Assembly: GCA_038823915.1 (NCBI GenBank)
Contig: JAWBBY010000002.1
Location: forward strand, 49,519 to 113,518
Length of the DNA stretch: 64,000 bases
Direction of reading: 5' to 3'
From: Desulfurococcaceae archaeon
Lineage (GTDB): Archaea; Thermoproteota; Thermoprotei_A; Sulfolobales; Desulfurococcaceae
Shown here: positions 9,735 through 18,510 of the stretch, one piece after another
Layout: every line of letters starts with the position of its first letter
Numbering within the stretch: position 1 is the first letter of the stretch
The notes under the pieces: generated by a model
Told to the model about the DNA's origin: nothing
Seen by the model: only the letters and a program-made list of their open reading frames with translations
Database searches by the model: none
Position numbers and translations under genes: made by a program

Positions 9735-10658
9735 TTGAGAACCGATATATGTATTGTTGGTGGTGGTGCGATTGGCTCTATAATGGCACTATACGCTTAC
9801 AGAGGTGGTTTAGATAACATCGTAGTTCTCTATAGGAGTAGAAGTTCCGTTGAAAACGTTAATTCTGCGGGTGGTTTAATGGTTACGTATAGAGGTAGGG
9901 ATTTCTTCATCCCCATTCATGCAATGGTTTCCCATGAAGCTTATGTAAAATGTGATTACCTCATTAACTCCGTTAAAGCAATTGATGTTCCGGACACTAT
10001 AGGTGTTATGTCCAGACTTACGGAACCCGGAACACCTGTATTGATGGTTCAAAACGGTTTCGGTTCTCTCGAACTAGTTGAATCTTATTTAAAAGATCGT
10101 GAAGTTTCATGTGGTGTTGTTTTTATTGGTGCAACTAGGATTAGCGCTTGTAGAGTTATTCATAATGGAGGTGAAACCGTTTTCGCAGGAGTTAGGCATA
10201 CGTATCCTCGCGGATTGTTTGATTTAGCTTTTTACATGTTGAGAGGCGGTTGTGATTTCAGAATCGTTAGTGATATTGATCTCTATCGTTGGATTAAACT
10301 AGCTTTAAACGCCGTTGTTAACCCTATAACAGCTATTGTTAGAGGTAAGAATAGAGTTGTTTTATCTAAATGGGGTTTAGAACTTGCTAGAATAATTATT
10401 GATGAAGTTGTTCAAGCAGCATCTAAACATGGCTATACTCTAGACCCTGATAAGCTTTTTAAAATGATTGTTAGGAATGTTGAAGCTGTTGCTGAAAACT
10501 ACTCTAGTATGTATCAAGACGTGATTAATGGAAGGAGAACCGAGATCGATTTTATAAATGGTTATGTAGCTAGAGAACTAGGATTTAGAGGTGTTAATCA
10601 CATATTAACACTACTTGTTAAGCTTATTGAGGAGACTTATGTTGATCGATTCGGGTAA
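9735..10658 (+). CDS. panE: 2-dehydropantoate 2-reductase (ketopantoate reductase, ApbA/PanE family)
   Basis: N-terminal Rossmann motif ICIVGGGAIGS, ALNAVVNPITAI, and the C-terminal SSMYQDVINGRRTEIDFINGYV motif. It lies next to panB. Confidence 0.75.
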   Translation: MRTDICIVGGGAIGSIMALYAYRGGLDNIVVLYRSRSSVENVNSAGGLMVTYRGRDFFIPIHAMVSHEAYVKCDYLINSVKAIDVPDTIGVMSRLTEPGTPVLMVQNGFGSLELVESYLKDREVSCGVVFIGATRISACRVIHNGGETVFAGVRHTYPRGLFDLAFYMLRGGCDFRIVSDIDLYRWIKLALNAVVNPITAIVRGKNRVVLSKWGLELARIIIDEVVQAASKHGYTLDPDKLFKMIVRNVEAVAENYSSMYQDVINGRRTEIDFINGYVARELGFRGVNHILTLLVKLIEETYVDRFG

Positions 10659-11451
10659 AGTTACTGTTAGAGATATTGTTAAAGCTAAATCTGTTAGGAA
10701 AATAGTTATGGTTACTGCTTATGATTATGCATTCGCTAGATTAGTTGATAGATCGGGTGTAGACATTATTCTTGTTGGAGATAGTGTTGGAATGGTTGTT
10801 CACGGCTATCCATCAACACATTATGTAGATATGAATATGATGCTACTACACGTTTCAAGCGTTGCTAGAGCTAAACCTAGAGCACTAATAGTTGCTGATA
10901 TGCCTTTTCTAAGTTATGAAATAAGTATTGATGAAGCTGTGGAGAACGCTGGTTTAATGATTAGAGCTGGTGCTGATGCCGTCAAAATCGAGGGTGGCTC
11001 CGAATATGTTGATACTGTTAAAGCAATGGTTAGAGCCGGTATACCGGTTATGGGTCATATCGGTTTAAATCCACAGAGATCCCTCGTAATAGGGGGGTAT
11101 AGGAAAAGGGGTTTGAAGGATTCCGAAGCTAACAATATTTTGAGAGATGCTGTTGAACTCGAAAAAGCCGGTGTTTTCTCAATAGTAATTGAATATACTG
11201 CTGCTGATGTTGCTAAGGAGATTACTGAGAAAGTTAGTGTTCCAACAATTTGTATCGGTAGTGGACCATATTGCGATGGACAAGTCCTAGTTCTACACGA
11301 TATTCTCGGTTTCTACGATGAAATACCTCCATTTGCTAAGAAATACGCTAACATTGCTGAAATAGTTGTAAAAGCCGTTGAAACCTTCGCTCGCGAAGTC
11401 CGGGAAGGCTTGTTTCCTGAACAAAAGCATTACTTCACTAGAAAAACCTAA
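10615..11451 (+). CDS. panB: 3-methyl-2-oxobutanoate hydroxymethyltransferase
   Basis: MVTAYDYAFARLVDRSGVDIILVGDSVGMVVHGY, ADMPF.SY, VKIEGG and GHIGLNPQ blocks. The likely start is ATG 10639, overlapping the panE end. Confidence 0.85.
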   Translation: MLSLLRRLMLIDSGKVTVRDIVKAKSVRKIVMVTAYDYAFARLVDRSGVDIILVGDSVGMVVHGYPSTHYVDMNMMLLHVSSVARAKPRALIVADMPFLSYEISIDEAVENAGLMIRAGADAVKIEGGSEYVDTVKAMVRAGIPVMGHIGLNPQRSLVIGGYRKRGLKDSEANNILRDAVELEKAGVFSIVIEYTAADVAKEITEKVSVPTICIGSGPYCDGQVLVLHDILGFYDEIPPFAKKYANIAEIVVKAVETFAREVREGLFPEQKHYFTRKT

Positions 11452-11527
11452 TTTTAAGTCTAATAAAATACCCCTAAGGATCAGTCTTATTTATTAACCC
11501 CGACTTGTATAGGATACTCCATAACCG

Positions 11528-11944
11528 ATGTATCGAGTCGAACCCGTAGTGAGTAAGTCGTTCCGTATCGTAGATCTAAAACCAAATCTCGAAAACATAA
11601 CCGTTAGAGTGAGGGTTTTAGAAACACACCCTCCTAGAACGATACAGACGAAGAAGGGTATGAGAACGATCAGTAGTGCTATTGTAGGGGATAGTACTGG
11701 TAGAGTTGATGTAACGGTATGGGGGGAGAAAGCTGGTACACTCAAAAACGGTGATGCTATAGAGATCTCCGGCGCTTGGACAACAGTATTTAGAGGAAAC
11801 GTAGTTCTGAATATTGGTAGAACAACTATTGTTAATAAGATTGATGATAACGCGGTTCCTGGAGTAAACGATATTCCTAACACTAAACCCGTAGCTCGTG
11901 GGAGAAGAGGTTTTGAAGAAAGAAGTGGTGAGGAATATGAGTAA
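11528..11944 (+). CDS. ssb: Crenarchaeal single-stranded DNA-binding protein (single OB fold with acidic/RG-rich tail)
   Basis: LKPNLENITVRVRVLETHPPRTIQTKKGMRTISSAIVGDSTGRVDVTVWGEKAGTLKNGDAIEISGAWTTVFRGNVVLNIG aligns block-for-block with the Sulfolobus SSB sequence as I remember it ([81 protein letters not shown]). The tail is RGRRGFEERSGEEYE. Confidence 0.85.
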   Translation: MYRVEPVVSKSFRIVDLKPNLENITVRVRVLETHPPRTIQTKKGMRTISSAIVGDSTGRVDVTVWGEKAGTLKNGDAIEISGAWTTVFRGNVVLNIGRTTIVNKIDDNAVPGVNDIPNTKPVARGRRGFEERSGEEYE

Positions 11945-12236
11945 GGAGTATATGGGTACATATGAGGAAATTAAAAATAAGAAGCCTATGAGACTCGGGG
12001 AGTTTGTCGGTGGCGAGGAGAATTCATTTTATGTTGCTAAAAGCGAGAACGAGGTTTACGAATTATCTCCATTAGCTTACTATGTGTGGATGGTTTGTGA
12101 TGGAGACCATACTGTTGAGGAATTAATTAAAGCTGCTAGCGAAGAGATTGATGTCGACGAAAACGATATTATTGAGCCATTCATTATTGCATTAACGAGT
12201 CTAGTTAAAGCAGAGTTAGTTAAGTACGTTGATTAG
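11898..12236 (+). CDS. PqqD-family (RiPP-recognition-element-like) small protein
   Basis: YELSPLAYYVWMVCDGDHTVEELIKAASEEIDVDENDIIEPFIIALTSLVKAELV fits the PqqD pattern (L-x-x-x-a-x-x-iW-x-x-x-DG-x-x-T-v-e-e-L...fl-x-x-L-x-x-x-g-L-v). The probable start is ATG 11937, overlapping the ssb stop (ATGAGTAA). Confidence 0.6.
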   Translation: MGEEVLKKEVVRNMSKEYMGTYEEIKNKKPMRLGEFVGGEENSFYVAKSENEVYELSPLAYYVWMVCDGDHTVEELIKAASEEIDVDENDIIEPFIIALTSLVKAELVKYVD

Positions 12237-12380
12237 CAGAATAACTCACACAGTATTTCTTTCCCCAATCTTTTTTCTTCTCATGTTTCATTAGAACTCT
12301 GCATTAGGTATAATTAGATACAAATATATTCTGCATGATTACTATAATTGTAGTATAGTAATTTAGTAGGATGCGTTAAT

Positions 12381-13454
12381 GTGTATTCATTATTAAAAAT
12401 TGCGGTAATCAGTCTTCTACTCATTTATTCCACAATGAGCGATTTATCTCTATATTCAAATCTATATTCAAATACTAATTTATATCGAGACAAGATGGGG
12501 ATTTATCGTCTAAGTATTGTTCTAGAATATTTTGTTTCAAATAAAGGTAATAATGAGATTTTTATAAGGATTAATGAATTTCTCGGCAATTATTGTTTCG
12601 AATCAATACATAATGATCAATTTATTGAGGAATCATATCTAGTCATTAATGATACCGTTTTCCCCCTACAAGTCATCAATGATTGTTTAAAAGTATTGAA
12701 CGACACGTTAATCGAAATTCCAGTTTCGAATTCATTAAACATATCTGTAAAACTCGTTGGGTTAGTGAATCAAAGGTTGAGAATTATGGAGTTGAATAGA
12801 ACTCTAACTATTCTTGATAAAGCTACTATTGAGGCAAACATTAGTGAATACGGTTCTACAAGTTTATGGAACTATACTCACCCAATACTAAGTCTTGTTC
12901 TCAAGTATATTCGGAAAAACGCTTTACACGGAATCAACCCTATTATAAAGATATTAGAATATGTGAATAGAAATATTGTATACACAATTACTTTCCCATC
13001 TAGATATCCGTGGGAAACAATAGTTATTGGTTCGGGGGATTGCGATGATCAGAGCAATCTCATAGTAACCTTACTTCGTGGATTGGGGTTTAAAGCTTAT
13101 TTAGAATCCGGTATCGTTTTTCTCGATCATAGATACTTATTGAGTTTCTCGTCGAGCAATACAAGATTCAACTATACCTATATTGGGGGATTCATGCATA
13201 GTTGGGTTATACTAGAACTCGGGGAAAACCTATTTATCCGTATAGATCCTGTTGTTGCTAAACCATATTCAGACCCTACAACACTAATAAGTAATGCATA
13301 CTACTACGCTAGACCAGTTTTTGTTTTGAAAACAGATCTTTTGGGTGAGGACTATATTCTTAAAACATATGTTTCAATGCTTGAATTCTCAAATAGAAAT
13401 CTCTACTTAAACGTTACTCTTAGAATCTATGCTGAAGAACTACTTGTCTCTTGA
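12381..13454 (+). CDS. Membrane-anchored/secreted transglutaminase-like cysteine protease-fold protein
   Basis: N-terminal hydrophobic helix (LLKIAVISLLLIYS). Core triad context GSGDCDDQSNLIVTLLRGLGFKAYLESG (Cys), MHSWVILE (His) and IRIDPV (Asp). Several N-x-S/T sequons. Confidence 0.65.
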   Translation: MYSLLKIAVISLLLIYSTMSDLSLYSNLYSNTNLYRDKMGIYRLSIVLEYFVSNKGNNEIFIRINEFLGNYCFESIHNDQFIEESYLVINDTVFPLQVINDCLKVLNDTLIEIPVSNSLNISVKLVGLVNQRLRIMELNRTLTILDKATIEANISEYGSTSLWNYTHPILSLVLKYIRKNALHGINPIIKILEYVNRNIVYTITFPSRYPWETIVIGSGDCDDQSNLIVTLLRGLGFKAYLESGIVFLDHRYLLSFSSSNTRFNYTYIGGFMHSWVILELGENLFIRIDPVVAKPYSDPTTLISNAYYYARPVFVLKTDLLGEDYILKTYVSMLEFSNRNLYLNVTLRIYAEELLVS

Positions 13455-13819
13455 TCAACCTCTCTATATTTCTTATCTAGCATTTCAATAATATCAGCTT
13501 TATGAATTCTCAGTAGGTGGAGGAATAAGCCGCGTTTAGTGAATGGTCCTTTACCGCATAACCCGCATCTCAAGTGATTATTCTTCTCAGACACTAGTTT
13601 CTCACTAATACTATTTACAACATACTTCATTACTACATACCTTGTTGTTCCAACAATACTTCTTAATTCAAAATCGTCTGTTGATAGAGATAACGCTTTT
13701 CTAACAACATATTTTATCAATTCTTCTTTTAGGAAAATGTTCATTTCTCGCAGAACCTGTATCGTTCTATTCATAGGATTTATCTTTACTGAGCTGAAGT
13801 TATAAATAGAAGGGCCCAT
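13427..13819 (-). CDS. Small C2H2 zinc-finger protein
   Basis: CGLCGKGPFTKRGLFLHLLRIH has CxxC...HxxxxH spacing. It overlaps the end of the preceding gene convergently by 28 nt. Confidence 0.5.
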   Translation of the reverse strand: MGPSIYNFSSVKINPMNRTIQVLREMNIFLKEELIKYVVRKALSLSTDDFELRSIVGTTRYVVMKYVVNSISEKLVSEKNNHLRCGLCGKGPFTKRGLFLHLLRIHKADIIEMLDKKYREVDQETSSSSA

Positions 13820-13857
13820 ATTAATTCATAGCTAGACGATAGGGGTGTTTTAGATAT

Positions 13858-15033
13858 ATGGATAGAGTATTCGTTGTTGGCGTTGGTTTAACCAAGATAG
13901 ATAGGTTTTACGAGAGGAGTGCTAAAGACCTATTTAATGAAGCTCTATTCAAAGCAATTGAGGATTCAGGAGGCGTTAAACCCGAAGCCCTCGTTGTAGG
14001 TAACATGACGTCTAGCGTTCTGATGGAGCAGGATAGTCTAGCGGCTTTACTAGCCGATCACGCTGGTTTAAAAGGTATTCCAGCGTTTAAAGTAGAGGCT
14101 GCTTGTGGTAGTGGCGGTGCCGCTATTTATGCAGGTTATTCTCTCGTTAAATCCGGGTTAGTTGAGACGGTAGCTGTAGCGGGGGTTGAGAAGCTCAGTG
14201 AAGGGGGGACTAGTGAAGTTACTAGAGCATTAGCACAAGCTGCTGATGCGGAGTATGAAGTCTACTATGGAGTAACATTTACTGGTTTAAACGCGTTGCT
14301 AGCTAGGTTATATATGTCTAAATTTGGATATACTAGAAGAGATCTCGCTCACTGGAGTGTTAGAATGCATGAATATGCCTCTTACAACCCATACGCTCAG
14401 CTTCCACGTAAAGTTACTTTAGAAGCCGTTCTTGATAGTCCAATTATAGCTGAACCTATAAGCTTATACGACTCCGCACCAATAGGCGATGGAGCTGCTG
14501 TTGCAATACTTGTGCGCGGTGAAGATAGGGCTAGAGAAATAGCTAGTAGAATGGGTAGAGACGTGCTGGTTGAATTAGCTGGTCTGGGTTTTTCAACCGA
14601 TACTGTAGATATCGGTTCTCGAGAAGACCTCTTATCATTACCGTCGACGAGGAAAGCTACTATTGAAGCCTGTAGAATGGCTGGTGTAGAGATAAAGGAT
14701 ATTGATTATGTTGAGGTACACGATGCTTTCACAATAACTGGTTTTGTTTCTCTAGAAAGTATGGGTTTCGCGGAAAAAGGTAAATCGGTTAAGGAATGGA
14801 TTGATGGTAGATTTGGTAAAGGCGATAAACCTGAAGTAAACTTTAGTGGTGGTTTAAAAGCTAGAGGACACCCAGTTGGTGCTACAGGTATTTATCAATT
14901 TGTTGAAGCAACAATGCAGTTAAGAGGAGACTTCCCGGGATTTAAAGCTAGCGATCCAGTTATTGCTGCAACACATAATATTGGTGGTGTTGGGACATTC
15001 TCAATAGTTACTGTTCTAAAGAGATACAAATAA
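13858..15033 (+). CDS. Thiolase (archaeal acetyl-CoA acetyltransferase type)
   Basis: Active-site Cys context VEAACGSGGAA, VEVHDAF, NFSGGLKARGHPVGATG, HNIGG. The 391-aa length is typical. Confidence 0.85.
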   Translation: MDRVFVVGVGLTKIDRFYERSAKDLFNEALFKAIEDSGGVKPEALVVGNMTSSVLMEQDSLAALLADHAGLKGIPAFKVEAACGSGGAAIYAGYSLVKSGLVETVAVAGVEKLSEGGTSEVTRALAQAADAEYEVYYGVTFTGLNALLARLYMSKFGYTRRDLAHWSVRMHEYASYNPYAQLPRKVTLEAVLDSPIIAEPISLYDSAPIGDGAAVAILVRGEDRAREIASRMGRDVLVELAGLGFSTDTVDIGSREDLLSLPSTRKATIEACRMAGVEIKDIDYVEVHDAFTITGFVSLESMGFAEKGKSVKEWIDGRFGKGDKPEVNFSGGLKARGHPVGATGIYQFVEATMQLRGDFPGFKASDPVIAATHNIGGVGTFSIVTVLKRYK

Positions 15034-15115
15034 TTGTTTCTTCCACAATATACGTTTTAATATCACATCTAAATTAATTCAATTTATTTAATCCTATAAG
15101 AACTATTTTACGAAT

Positions 15116-16690
15116 GTGTTCATAATGGAGACCAGAGATCTGGATAGTCTATTAAACGAAATTAAATTGTATAGAGAGAAATCCATTATCGGTGGCGGTA
15201 AAGACAAAATTGATGCTCAGAGAAGTAAGGGCAAGCTTTGGGTTAGAGATAGAATTGAGAAACTATTGGATCCAGGTTCTTTCGAAGAAATACAGTGGAT
15301 GAGAACTCACGAATCAACTTTCTTTGGTTTAGATAAAATAAAGTATTATGGAGATGGAGTAATAATCGGTTATGGTAAGATCGATGGTAGAATAGTTTAC
15401 ATATATGCTCAAGACTTCACAGTAATGGGGGGCAGTATTGGAAAATCTCATGGTGAGAAAATCGCTTATATTATAGAACAAGCTATTATTAATGGCTCAC
15501 CCGTTATAGGTATATACGATTCCGGCGGTGCAAGGATTCAGGAAGGTGTGGATTCGCTCCATGGTTGTGGAAGAATTTTTGCAGCTAATGTCAAGGCGAG
15601 CGGCGTTATACCGCAAATCAGTTTAATAATGGGTCCATGTGCAGGAGCGGCTAGTTATAGTCCAGCATTAACTGATTTCATAATTATGGTTAAGAACGCT
15701 TACATGTTCATTACCGGTCCTGAAGTAGTTAAAGCAGCAACTGGTGTTGACGTTACATTCGAAGAACTCGGTGGTGCTGAAATACATGTTTCTAAAAGTG
15801 GTGTTGCCCATTTCTTAGCGGATGATGAGGAAACAGCATTTCTTATTACAAGGAAACTATTATCGTACTTGCCGAATAACTCGGATGAACCATGTCCATA
15901 TGTACCGACAGACGACCCTATTGATAGGAGATTGGATGAACTATACGAAATTATACCTACAGATCCTGTGAAACCCTTTGATGTCAGAGAAGTTATTGTA
16001 TCGTTACTTGATAATAGAGATTTCTTAGAAGTCCATAGCGATTACGCAACATCCTCAATAACTGGTTTCGGTAGAATCGGTGGTTTCACGGTATGTGTAG
16101 TTGCTAATCAACCAGTTGTTAACGCTGGAGTTATAGATATCGATGCTTCTAATAAAATCGCTAGATTCGTGAGGTTCTGTGATGCTTTCAACATACCAAT
16201 AATTACCCTAGTTGATACACCTGGTTTCATGCCTGGCATCGATCAGGAGCATGGAGGAATCATTAGACATGGTGCGAAAATCCTGCATGCATACGCTGAA
16301 GCAACAGTTCCTAAAATAACCGTTATTATGAGGAAAGCTTATGGGGGAGCATATATAGCTATGGGTAGTAAGTCTTTGGGTGCCGACGTATGCTACGCAT
16401 GGCCTACTGCTGAGATAGCCGTTATGGGTCCTGAAGGCGCTGTTAGAATTCTATATAGGAAGGAAGCAGAGAAAACACCGAATCCAGAGGAGTTCCTTAA
16501 AGAGAAACTTATTGAGTATCGGAAAATGTTTGCAAACCCGTATATAGCTGCTGAACATGGATATATTGATGAAGTCATTGACCCGGCTGAGACCCGTTTC
16601 AAGATCGCTAGAGCTTTAGAAGCATATGTGAGGAAAAGATTCGATACTATGATGATACATCCACGTAAACATACCAATATACCATTATGA
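15116..16690 (+). CDS. Acyl-CoA carboxyltransferase (propionyl-CoA carboxylase beta / methylmalonyl-CoA decarboxylase alpha family)
   Basis: GGGKDKIDAQRSKGKLWVRDRIEKLLDPGSF.E, AQDFTVMGGS.G, DSGGARIQEG, TGPEVVK..TG, PGFMPG..QEHGGIIRHGAK and RKAYGGAY blocks. The probable start is ATG 15125. Confidence 0.85.
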   Translation: MFIMETRDLDSLLNEIKLYREKSIIGGGKDKIDAQRSKGKLWVRDRIEKLLDPGSFEEIQWMRTHESTFFGLDKIKYYGDGVIIGYGKIDGRIVYIYAQDFTVMGGSIGKSHGEKIAYIIEQAIINGSPVIGIYDSGGARIQEGVDSLHGCGRIFAANVKASGVIPQISLIMGPCAGAASYSPALTDFIIMVKNAYMFITGPEVVKAATGVDVTFEELGGAEIHVSKSGVAHFLADDEETAFLITRKLLSYLPNNSDEPCPYVPTDDPIDRRLDELYEIIPTDPVKPFDVREVIVSLLDNRDFLEVHSDYATSSITGFGRIGGFTVCVVANQPVVNAGVIDIDASNKIARFVRFCDAFNIPIITLVDTPGFMPGIDQEHGGIIRHGAKILHAYAEATVPKITVIMRKAYGGAYIAMGSKSLGADVCYAWPTAEIAVMGPEGAVRILYRKEAEKTPNPEEFLKEKLIEYRKMFANPYIAAEHGYIDEVIDPAETRFKIARALEAYVRKRFDTMMIHPRKHTNIPL

Positions 16691-16780
16691 TTATTGAATA
16701 AGCATCTAGTGTTTTAACCTAAATACAACTTATTATGTTCAGATTACTTTAAGTTAAGTTAACTCTATTTAAATAGTGGT

Positions 16781-17491
16781 TTGTTGAGTATGAGTTTCAA
16801 ACTCCTAGTTCCAGTAGATATAGTTATGGATTCAAGAGAGTTTTCTAAAAATCCTGATGTTAAGAATATGCTTGAGAAAAATGGTATTAAAGTTGCAGTA
16901 ACTAAACTAGAAATCGGAGACTACCTCTTACTAGCTTCTGGTAAAGCTAAGCCAATACTGATTGAGCGCAAATCGATTATGGATCTCGCTCAAAGCATTA
17001 GAGATAGGAGATTATGGGATCAAGCAAAATTACTAATTAACCACTGTGATGAAAACGGGTATCAACCTCTAATTATAGTTGAGGGCGATATTTCTCTATT
17101 GAGAAAATATAGTAATTGGAGTATTCAGAGCATTTTAAGAGCTATCGATACAGTCATACTTGATTTTAAAATACCAGTGCTTAATACGCCGGATAAGGAG
17201 TCTACAGTACAATGGTTAATAGTTAAGGCTAGAAGTTTAGGTGAAACTAGTGAGAAGAGGATATATAGGCTTAGGGTTGAAAAGAAACCTTTGAGTATAC
17301 ATGATAGAATCCTATATGTTGCTGAAAGCTTATCGGGACCTATACTTGCGCGGAGATTGCTTAAGAAATTCAAAACTTTGAGAAACATAGCTAATGCATC
17401 CATATTGGAATTAACGAGTGTCGAAGGGGTTGGTGAAGCCAGAGCTAGAGAGATATATGAGATATTCAATACGGAATGGTGTGGAGATTGA
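16781..17491 (+). CDS. xpf: Short-form XPF/ERCC4 structure-specific endonuclease with C-terminal HhH2
   Basis: ERCC4 nuclease signature VMDSRE...IGDYLL...IERKSIMDL.QSI.D.RLW.Q and C-terminal LELTSVEGVGEARAREIYEIF (helix-hairpin-helix). The size of about 230 aa is typical for crenarchaeal XPF. Confidence 0.75.
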   Translation: MLSMSFKLLVPVDIVMDSREFSKNPDVKNMLEKNGIKVAVTKLEIGDYLLLASGKAKPILIERKSIMDLAQSIRDRRLWDQAKLLINHCDENGYQPLIIVEGDISLLRKYSNWSIQSILRAIDTVILDFKIPVLNTPDKESTVQWLIVKARSLGETSEKRIYRLRVEKKPLSIHDRILYVAESLSGPILARRLLKKFKTLRNIANASILELTSVEGVGEARAREIYEIFNTEWCGD

Positions 17492-18501
17492 TTAATGGAT
17501 TTGTCTTCATAGTACCCATTATCGTTTCATTCATTACAACATTAACTACAACGAAATTGTGGATAATTAGAGCTAGAGAGATAGGTTTTGTAGGTAAAGA
17601 TATGAATAAATATGGTGATAATAAGGTTGCTGAAGCTGGTGGAGTATGGGTAATGATTGGTGCATCTTTTGGATTACTAACACTTGTAGCTATGGAAACA
17701 TATCTCGAGAAGGGATACGAGCATCTCAATGAGCTTTTCGCATTAACAACTCTCCTACTACTTTCAGGTTTCATAGGATTTCTGGACGATACATTAGGTT
17801 GGAAGAAAGGTATTAAACCACAATATAGAGTTTTAGCAACAATACCTATAAGCATTCCTCTAGTTGTTATAAAAGCAGGTTATTCTAAAATGAATCTTCC
17901 ATTAATAGGTACAGTTGATTTCGGAATACTCTATCCGCTTATATTAATACCGATCGGCGTTATGGGTGCATCAAATGCTTTCAATATGATAGCTGGCTAC
18001 AATGGTCTTGAAACTCTACAATCTATTCTTCTATCTATGTTTACAGCTATATACGCTATCAGTAAGAATCAAGAATTCATCTTTGATTCTGCAATGATAA
18101 TGCTTTCGGCGGCGTTAGCTTTCCTAATATATAATAAGTATCCCGCAAAAGTATTCCCAGGAAACTCGTTCACATACGGGTTTGGAGCATTCTATGCTGC
18201 TATCGTAATAATAGGCGATTTCCAGAAATTTGGGTTAATGCTTTTCACACTATACTTTATCGAATTAATACTCTTTATTAGAGGCTTACTAAACGGTGTT
18301 TATAAAGAGAATTTTGGATTGCCCCAACCAGATGGTTCTCTAAAACCGCCATACAGTAAATGCTACAGTATTACACATATCGCTATTAAGTTTCTAATGA
18401 AAATTAAAGGTAGAGCTACTGAAAAAGAAGTTGTTCTACTTATCGCGGCTCTCCAGGTAATTATTGGTTTAACTACTTTCATAATAATAGACTGGATTTA
18501 A
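17476..18501 (+). CDS. aglH: UDP-GlcNAc:dolichyl-phosphate GlcNAc-1-phosphate transferase (MraY/WecA/Alg7 family, AglH-like)
   Basis: Polytopic membrane protein with the GFLDD and SNAFNMIAGYNGLE motifs of the polyprenyl-phosphate hexosamine-1-P transferase family. Confidence 0.75.
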   Translation: MVWRLINGFVFIVPIIVSFITTLTTTKLWIIRAREIGFVGKDMNKYGDNKVAEAGGVWVMIGASFGLLTLVAMETYLEKGYEHLNELFALTTLLLLSGFIGFLDDTLGWKKGIKPQYRVLATIPISIPLVVIKAGYSKMNLPLIGTVDFGILYPLILIPIGVMGASNAFNMIAGYNGLETLQSILLSMFTAIYAISKNQEFIFDSAMIMLSAALAFLIYNKYPAKVFPGNSFTYGFGAFYAAIVIIGDFQKFGLMLFTLYFIELILFIRGLLNGVYKENFGLPQPDGSLKPPYSKCYSITHIAIKFLMKIKGRATEKEVVLLIAALQVIIGLTTFIIIDWI

Positions 18502-18510
18502 GGTGTTTCA

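Noticed and set aside
12449-12472. Short tandem nucleotide repeats: 2 x TCTATATTCAAA here, 2 x TATAAATAT at about 35749-35766, and a repeated ATCTATCGAGAA at about 51596-51634.
   Set aside because: All lie inside coding regions and only produce short peptide duplications (LYSNLYSN, NIYNIY, SIEKK...SIEKK). They are too short and too few to be CRISPR or regulatory arrays.
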